This document shows positions 63,400 through 64,000 of a stretch of 64,000 nt of DNA, one piece after another. Made by a program: the position numbers and the translations under genes. The notes under the pieces were generated by a model, which was not told the DNA's origin, searched no databases, and saw only the letters and a program-made list of their open reading frames with translations. The stretch's first letter is position 1. Each line of letters starts with the position of its first letter. This DNA is from Ginglymostoma cirratum (taxonomy: Eukaryota): assembly GCA_024137785.1 (NCBI GenBank), contig JAHRHZ010000034.1:23417335-23481334 (forward strand), written 5' to 3'.

Positions 63400-63800
63400 T
63401 TGGAAATGTTTGGGCTATGTCTGCTGGACACTGGGAGAATTAAAGTTGACTTGAAGTCTTGACAGGGAGGATGCAGAAAAGATGATTCCTTTTGTGGGAG
63501 AATCTAAAACCAGGGTTGCTATTTTAAAAAATCAGCCGTCACCCATTTAAAACACAAGGCAATTTTCTTTCTCCCAGGTGTTTGGGTGTCTTTTGAACTC
63601 TTCCTGAAAAAGGTAGAGGGAGCAGAGTCATTGACTATTTTTAAGGGAGGAGGTAGATAGATTCATGTTTAGCAAGGGGTTGAAAAGTATCAGGGATTGG
63701 TGGGAATGCAGATTTGAGGTTACTGCATGGTCACCCATTCTTAGTGAATGGTACAGCAGGCTCGAAGGGCTGAATGGCCAACATCCGCCACTTGTTTGTT
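63400..63800 (+). mobile_element. Old CR1 3' end
   Basis: ttgacagggaggatgcagaaaagatgattccttttgtgggagaatctaaaaccaggg...gcaggctcgaagggctgaatggcc. Confidence 0.6.
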
Positions 63801-64000
63801 CAGACTAATCCTTTCTTCTCTCGTCATCTTTTATAATTATATATTTCACCATTAATCTTTGAAAGTTCAAAGGAACTTAGCAGTATTTGCATATTCCAAA
63901 TCATTCCAAAAAATGCCATTCTAAGAAAGAAAGTTTATTTAACTGCTCCATAAGGATTAGATCATATTTCGTTGCGATTTAAGCCCAGTACTGACTCATC

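Noticed and set aside
22102-64000. Canonical CCNY exon 1 (MGNTTSCC...) or a CpG island
   Set aside because: Not found by eye; it probably lies beyond position 64000.

Overview
Eukaryotic, AT-rich, repeat-dense vertebrate DNA. The SINE/LINE/Penelope content (HE1-like V-SINE, Deu-domain SINE, CR1/HER1-like LINEs) points to a cartilaginous fish, probably a shark (inference). The whole window appears to lie inside one minus-strand gene, cyclin Y (CCNY). Two small coding exons are visible: exon 2 at 22027-22101 (75 nt, [25 protein letters not shown]) and exon 3 at 2842-2876 (35 nt, VREKRKSLYINH), separated by a 19,150-nt intron. I did not find exon 1 or exon 4 in the window. Almost all ORFs in the supplied track are TE fragments or noise. 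The most notable content is a set of Penelope-like elements (PLEs): two young RT+GIY-YIG copies in opposite orientation, and several short solo or fold-back terminal-repeat insertions, some with target-site duplications. At least three distinct PLE families carry a minimal hammerhead-ribozyme core (CUGANGA-stem II-GAAAC-GUH). One core with an intact consensus is on the CCNY pre-mRNA strand. Also noted: a candidate alternative first exon (ATG CTG CCA T|GTAAGT) in frame with exon 2, a SINE/LINE pair with a shared 3' tail, and a fossil pogo-like transposase with nested SINEs. Family labels (LINE-B, SINE-C, SINE-D, PLE-A/B/C) are my own working names. Repeat boundaries are approximate unless a TSD is quoted.
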